In this document: in pieces, positions 58,652-64,000 of the stretch
Layout: every line of letters begins with the position of its first letter
How positions within the stretch are numbered: position 1 is the stretch's first letter
DNA from: Macrostomum lignano
Taxonomy: Eukaryota
Direction: 5' to 3'
Length of the DNA stretch: 64,000 nt
NCBI GenBank assembly: GCA_002269645.1
Contig: NIVC01000093.1
Coordinates: 620,001-684,000 of the forward strand
Position numbers and translations under genes: made by a program
The notes under the pieces: generated by a model
What the model was told of the DNA's origin: nothing
Database searches by the model: none
The model's input: only the letters and a program-made list of their open reading frames with translations

Positions 58652-58862
58652 CCCATTGAGCCTTGAAATCTCAGCAACTCATCCATTGAGCCATGGCATC
58701 TCAGCATCTCCTCATTGAGCCATGGCATCTCAGCAACCACCCATTGAGTCTTGGCATCTCAGCAACTCCTCCATTAAGCCATGGCATCTCAGCAACCACC
58801 CATTGAGCCGTGGCATCTCAGCAACTCCCACATTGAGCCTTGGCATGTCAGTAACTTCCCCT
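58652..58862. repeat. 30-bp tandem repeat downstream of methyltransferase B
   Basis: Paralog of 55693-55960. Confidence 0.9.
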
Positions 58863-59028
58863 TTAAAATGAGTGAAGACAACATGAATATTGAAACGGTT
58901 TTTAATTTACTTTCGCTTACATATGTATTAATACATAGTGACATACATGTACAAGAGTTTACAGCCTGTAAAATTATTTTGTTACACATACCAAATACTT
59001 GTAAGAGATAAACAGTAAAGCAGACTCG

Positions 59029-59690
59029 TGTAGTAAGTAAACTCAGACAGTTATCGCGAGGCGGAAAATAGTACGACTCTCACTAGAGCCCACAATCTGT
59101 TAGTATAGCTACATTTGGGGTGCAAACACCCCTCCGATTATTTATTGATTGGGCGTGGCCCGATATACATAAGTAAAGTTTACGGTAGAGAGGATTTAAA
59201 GTTCGAGCATTACTTTGTGAATAAACGAATTCACAGTTCACAGATATTGACAGTTGACAGGTTGGTTTACACAGTTCAAATCATTTGTACTGCTTCTTGT
59301 CACCGCACTTCGCCGCGCGCGGATGCGGACGCGACGCCAGCGGCCCCTCTCGAGTCTCCGAATCTCCAGGAAGGACGCCGGCCGTTGTCGCTGGCGGAGC
59401 CTCCGAGACCGGCGGATCTGGGGTGACCAGCCTGACGGCTGTGTAATGACGCGAGTTACAGTAACAACGGCGCCAGCTGGAAGTGCCGACGCGGTGCAGC
59501 CTCAGGGAGTTTCCAGACACTCGTTCGACTTTCCAGGCGCCGCTCTTGAAAGGCGTCTGCGCCTTCCGTGCTCCGACGCGACGCCAGCACGACATCGCCG
59601 ACTCGGATCCCGCCGCTATGTGGCCTACGCTTTGCGTCTGCGTGTCGCTTCATCGCCGCCTTGGCGTTGGCATCGGTTTGACGCAGCTTC
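59029..59690 (-). mobile_element. Ty3/Gypsy 3' fragment: integrase C-terminal region, PPT and LTR-like end
   Basis: DANAKAAMKRHADAKRR..IRVGDVVL, then after a +1 shift RRVGARKAQTPFKSGAWKVERVSGNSL, stop at 59281. GGAGGGG is followed by TGT (59128) ... ACA (59029). Absent from paralog A. Confidence 0.7.
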
Positions 59691-60514
59691 TGCTTCAGTA
59701 AATTTTGCGGTCTCTGCTTCTGCTTCAATAAATTTTGCGGTCTCTGCTGCTCCAGCAACTCTTGCTGGCTTTGCTGCTGCTCCAGCAAGTTTTGTTTCTT
59801 AAGAGTTTCAAGGGCATAATCTTTGGTTGGAACATGTGGTTGGTGAAATTTTCCTTGTTCTCTTGTGTACAGACAAATTTTTTTGCCAGTAAATGTTCGT
59901 CCAAATCCGTACTCCTTCAGTTGCTTCACTGGTCTAATGTCATTATCCATCACAAGAATGTATCCCACATTGCTCAGCAACTGAGGCAGCTTCACGCCAA
60001 CTAGACTCAAATTCCTACCAGCGTCGACAAAACTCAGACTGATGATGTCGAATGGTTGAGCCGTTAGCTTTCGGTCAAGCACAAAGTCCTCCATCGGCAT
60101 TTCAATGAACTCGTGTCTTGATGTCTTGAAACACCAAGCCGATCTGGCCTGTGCGAATAGGACGTCGAAAGCGCTCCAGTCCCACTGAAACGCGTCAACT
60201 CCAATGCAGCTCAGCTGCAGCACCTGACTAACCTCGCCTCTGTGTACAACATTTTTGATGGCCCTGACGACTCCAAGCAGGTCGCTGCCCGGACCGCAAC
60301 CGAGCGACAAGATCCGGATCTTCCGAGGCTGCGGCTCGCTGCACACGGACTGCAGAAGTTGCTTCACCTCGGTTCTTATTTGCGTCTGCACGAGTCTAAA
60401 CTTGCGTATGAACTCTCCTTGTGTATAAGCCTTGCGGAATTCCGGGTCGCTGTAGAATCTCAAGTCCTCTTTGTGCTTGGCATCAAGCCATTGCTGGTAA
60501 ATTGGACAGTCCAT
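59456..60514 (-). CDS. Putative SAM-dependent methyltransferase, copy B, fused to a Gypsy integrase tail
   Basis: Close paralog of A (same RILSLGCGPGSDL, CIGVD and FDIISLSF motifs). Shared ATG at 60514; the frame stays open to 60646, where a possible acceptor TTTCTAG lies. Confidence 0.78.
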   Translation of the reverse strand: MDCPIYQQWLDAKHKEDLRFYSDPEFRKAYTQGEFIRKFRLVQTQIRTEVKQLLQSVCSEPQPRKIRILSLGCGPGSDLLGVVRAIKNVVHRGEVSQVLQLSCIGVDAFQWDWSAFDVLFAQARSAWCFKTSRHEFIEMPMEDFVLDRKLTAQPFDIISLSFVDAGRNLSLVGVKLPQLLSNVGYILVMDNDIRPVKQLKEYGFGRTFTGKKICLYTREQGKFHQPHVPTKDYALETLKKQNLLEQQQSQQELLEQQRPQNLLKQKQRPQNLLKQKLRQTDANAKAAMKRHADAKRRPHSGGIRVGDVVLASRRSTEGADAFQERRLESRTSVWKLPEAAPRRHFQLAPLLL

Positions 60515-60989
60515 GATCTTTTGCTCTGGCTCTACTCGTAGGATTTCAGCTCTCTGCTTTGCATCTGCCTCCTTTTGATACGCAGACTTGTGCAGATACG
60601 AGCAATTCTTTCTTGCAAATTCCAGCCAAATATCGGTAGTGCACACACTAGAAAGATGTACGCATTAATTTTCTTCTCCACCTTTTAAAACTCCACTGCG
60701 GAGTGTACATCGCGTACATTAAAGTACACAGAAATTTCAGGCAGCTGGTATTGAAATGAAACAAAAGCGCCGTTAGCAAGAGCTAGGGTGGAAGAAATCA
60801 GCCGACGCGCTTGATTCGTGAACAAGCATCCAGCCTTGGCAGCAACTCCCCATGCAGATGCACAAGATCTGCATGCCTAAAATAGCCCTGATGATCGGCG
60901 AGCGAGAGGCCCAGCCATCATGCGACCCTCGAGTGATTCATGAAACTCCTCTGGCCGACGGCGCCTATTGGGCCTCCCCATTCCACTTT

Positions 60990-61690
60990 CTTCCCCTATT
61001 CCTCCTTTGCTCTTTTACAGTGTGTTAGCTTATAAAATATACTGATTGAAGAGGAAAGATCCTCGCCAGAAGTTTGAGAATGTGACTCTGAGATCGCACT
61101 GAGAAAGTACCATTGAGTCCATTGTCTTCCTGAACTGTTGACAGAAGGAAACGGTTATATGAAAAAATCCATATAATTTTTCATTAATTCAGTTGGTTCC
61201 ACTGACCGCGTGAGTCGCCGCTAGACAGAAGTCTCAGACACACCATGCAGTTATCGCTCTGCTGCATGTCTTCAACAGTCATCCGAATAAATCGAGAACT
61301 GAGACTTTCCTGTCTTCAGTAAAGAAAGACTTCGAACTAGACAAGACCAATGGACGAAGATCAAGAAGCGACACAGTTTACCCTTCCAAGAAGCTTTCAT
61401 TGAGCGATCTGCACAATCAATTTGGTCAAGACGGCGTTTATCGACGTCCTATTCAATTGCTATGTACACTCAGCCAGCATCCCGATCTGACTTTCTACCA
61501 GACACTGTGTCAATTTGTCGAGTCTCCGTGCCCAGTCCTATTTGCGTCACTGTTTAGGGCATGAAAAGCCCATTCAATTTGTCGAGTTTCCGAGTTCACG
61601 TCAATCCCCCTCTCAGATCTGATTAAAAAGTCAAGAGGATATGCTGGTACAATTCATCCACTGTTGTCACAAGTTCACTTTGCCCCTTGA
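60990..61690 (-). mobile_element. Possible decayed CR1-like RT remnant
   Basis: Weak minus-strand resemblance to the RT QGS..GP/ADD/W-N region (..VEDMQQSDN..QWNQLN); many stops. Confidence 0.3.
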
Positions 61691-61771
61691 CCAAGTTTCG
61701 TGTTTCTCAACAACTGAAACTCAACTGCAAGTTATCAAGTGGGACTGCAAAGGGAATACTCTACATATGGA

Positions 61772-62122
61772 AGACGCGAATGAACTCCCGTCTTGATGTC
61801 TTGAAACACCAAGCCGATGTGGCCTGTGCGAATTCGCCGTCAAAAGCGCTCCAGTCCCAGGGAACGCGCCAACTCCAATGCAGCTCAGCTGCAGCAGCCT
61901 ACCGCCATGCACCTGACTAACCTCGCCTTTGTACAACATCTTTGATGGCTCTGACGACTCCAAGCAGGTCGCTGCCGGGACCGCAACCGAGCGACAAGAT
62001 CCGGATCTCCCGAGGCTGCGGCTCGCTGCACACGGACTGGAGAAGTTGCTTCACCTCTGTTCGTATTTGCATCCGCATGAGTTCAGACTTACGTATAAAC
62101 TGTTCTTGTGTATAGGCCTTGC
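61772..62122 (-). pseudogene. Methyltransferase copy C, truncated and frameshifted fragment
   Basis: Near-identical to A/B from KAYTQEQF to EFI; a 2-nt deletion (CCTTTGTACAAC vs CCTTTGTGTACAAC) follows motif I; both ends missing. Confidence 0.88.
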
Positions 62123-62469
62123 TATGGCCTATGATATAGGCCTAGGCCTTGTGACTAACTGACTAACTGGCTTACTAACTAACTGTCCCTGACTGACCTA
62201 CGGGTATAGGAAGCAACGAGTTCTGCCGAAGCAAAAATTCCATTCTTTTAATTCAAAATCCATTCTATAGGACAGCAACATGTAAAACTTTATTGTACCA
62301 CTTGACTTCCAATCCAAGCTGAGCAGGTCAAATTTTTTTTGCCAGCCATGCAAAATTCACGCTCTACATTCGCTGCTTTCTACATGTCACTTGACAGTAG
62401 ACAAACTAACCAATATCGCCATTAGAATCGCAACAAAGCGGCGTTACTATTGCTTTGACACGGCTGTAC

Positions 62470-62600
62470 GAGGCTGGCCCAGCAATTGAGGATCTGGGAG
62501 GCTGGCCCAGCAATTAAGGATCTGGGAGGCTGGCCCAGCAACTGAGGATCTTGGAGGCTGGCCTAGCAACTGAGGATCTGGGAGACTGGCCCAGCAACTG
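62470..62600. repeat. 30-bp tandem repeat (GGCTGGCCCAGCAACTGAGGATCTGGGA-like)n
   Basis: About 4-5 units. Confidence 0.85.
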
Positions 62601-63283
62601 GAGATGGCGGCGATTCGATCAAAAATTAAATAAATCAGTCGCAGAAACTCAGAAATAGTGAAAAAGAAAAACAACAAATTACTTTCGTTGCGGAAAACTT
62701 TCTAAAAGACGGCATCAAATAAATGCGGATACTGATAAACACAGCACCGTGCTGATTACTAGCAGTAGTATTACTAGCAGGGTATACTTGCAATTCCAAT
62801 TGGAGACAAAGTCCTAGAACAGCATTCGATTGAAAAGGTCAGTCGTGGCAAATTAGTATCGTATCGGTCTCTTGTGTAGAAGAACTGGGGTTCGATTCTG
62901 GTGGGTTAAAAATATTTGATTGGCCAGGTGCAGATGGCAGTGCAGAGTCTTAGACAAAAATGAATTTATATTTACGAGACTGGAAACTGATTTTCACATA
63001 TCGGAACTCCGATATGGATAGATAAATAGATAACGAGGTACTACTTGCAGAAAAGTTATTTTCACAACATATCGGCAGTTGGATACGGATAGATAAATAG
63101 ATCTAGGGACACTACTTGCAGACAAATTTATTGACGCAACATATCGGTAAGTTGATAAAATCCTAAAGAAAAGCTCGGAAACAACTCCATTAGAATGAAG
63201 AAAACTCTAAAAAAACGCTTCGATATTGCCTCTGAGGTCCCAGGTTCGATTCTGGGGCTCAGAAAATTAATAAGGCATCAACT

Positions 63284-63618
63284 TCAATCAAGCGGTCCGG
63301 CAGCATCTGACAGCTCAGCCTCGTACCGGTAGATCGGCACCCCTGGCAGGATGATCGACGTAAATTGGTCGGTCCTGATGAAGCCCAGCCTCTCGTAGAT
63401 GTCGACGGCGTATTGCTGCAGCTGCGTGGTGCCCAGCTGCATCCGCCGGTAGCCCCGGTTGGCGCACAGTCGCATGAGGCGCCGGCAGACGGCGTCGCCA
63501 ACTCCGTGGCCCCGGTAGGCGGGCAGGACGCCGAGGCGCTGCAACTCGCAGGTGTCGCCGTCCAGGTGCAAACTGGCAACTGTGCCGACAAGGGGAGGCT
63601 GCTGCTGGCCGGCTTCGG
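63284..63618 (-). CDS. GNAT N-acetyltransferase (NAT8/Camello-like), last exon; upstream exons probably outside the window
   Basis: LVGTVA..ELQRLGVLPAYRGHGVG (acetyl-CoA motif RxxGxG)..GYRRMQLGTTQLQQYAVDIYERLGF; acceptor AATGCAG at 63619. Confidence 0.85.
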
Positions 63619-63784
63619 CTGCATTGGGGTGAATTTGGTGCCATTCTTCAGGGATTTTCAGTTTTTTTATTGAAATCGTCAAGGGCTTATAGCGATTTTA
63701 AGGTGAAGTGACTCGAGGAGACTCTAAAACGACGAGATTTCACAGTAGTAAGTCGCCAAAAAGTTTTCAAAGAGTCAATTTGCG

Positions 63785-64000
63785 GCGTTTTGATTGTCTG
63801 CGACTCTGAAATCACTCTGGGGCCGTAGAGTCGCATTTGAGGCGTTTTAACTTTTGATTGTCTGCGACTCTGAAATCACTCTGGGGCCGTAGAGTCGCAT
63901 TTGAGGCGTTTTAACTTTTGATTGTCTGCGACTCTGAAATCACTCTGGGGCCGTAGAGTCGCATTTGAGGCGTTTTAACTTTTGATTGTCTGCGACTCTG
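63785..64000. repeat. 64-bp tandem repeat with an internal hairpin; runs off the right edge
   Basis: Units at 63791, 63855 and 63919; each contains TGCGACTCT...AGAGTCGCA. Confidence 0.92.

Noticed and set aside
63785-64000. CRISPR array (also considered for the 28-kb and 32-kb repeats)
   Set aside because: Eukaryotic context, no unique spacers, no cas genes

Overview
Eukaryotic (animal) genomic DNA: GC-rich spliced exons sit in AT-rich sequence full of mini/microsatellites and transposon debris. The style suggests an invertebrate such as a macrostomid flatworm (inference, not verifiable here). Genes reconstructed by hand: the 5' seven exons of a GNPTAB/Stealth-family GlcNAc-1-phosphotransferase (minus strand, runs off the left edge), SBDS, mitochondrial ribosomal protein S23, a class A peptide-type GPCR (minus), a prosaposin-like gene with 11 SapB domains, three related SAM-dependent methyltransferase sequences (minus), and the last exon of a NAT8-like GNAT acetyltransferase. 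Of the methyltransferase copies, one has a Gln-rich coiled-coil tail, one is fused to a Ty3/Gypsy integrase C-terminal fragment followed by a PPT and LTR-like end, and one is a frameshifted fragment. Mobile DNA includes several non-autonomous hAT elements, most with readable 8-bp TSDs; two 2,868-bp copies are inserted head-to-head 190 bp apart, forming a ~5.9-kb palindrome. There is also a decayed Tc1/IS630-like element carrying a nested 4-bp-TSD element, and LINE remnants. Most long ORFs in the supplied track are translations of tandem repeats. Most notable: the methyltransferase cluster and its Gypsy fusion, the twin hAT palindrome with CpG-biased divergence, and tandem arrays that start at exon boundaries.
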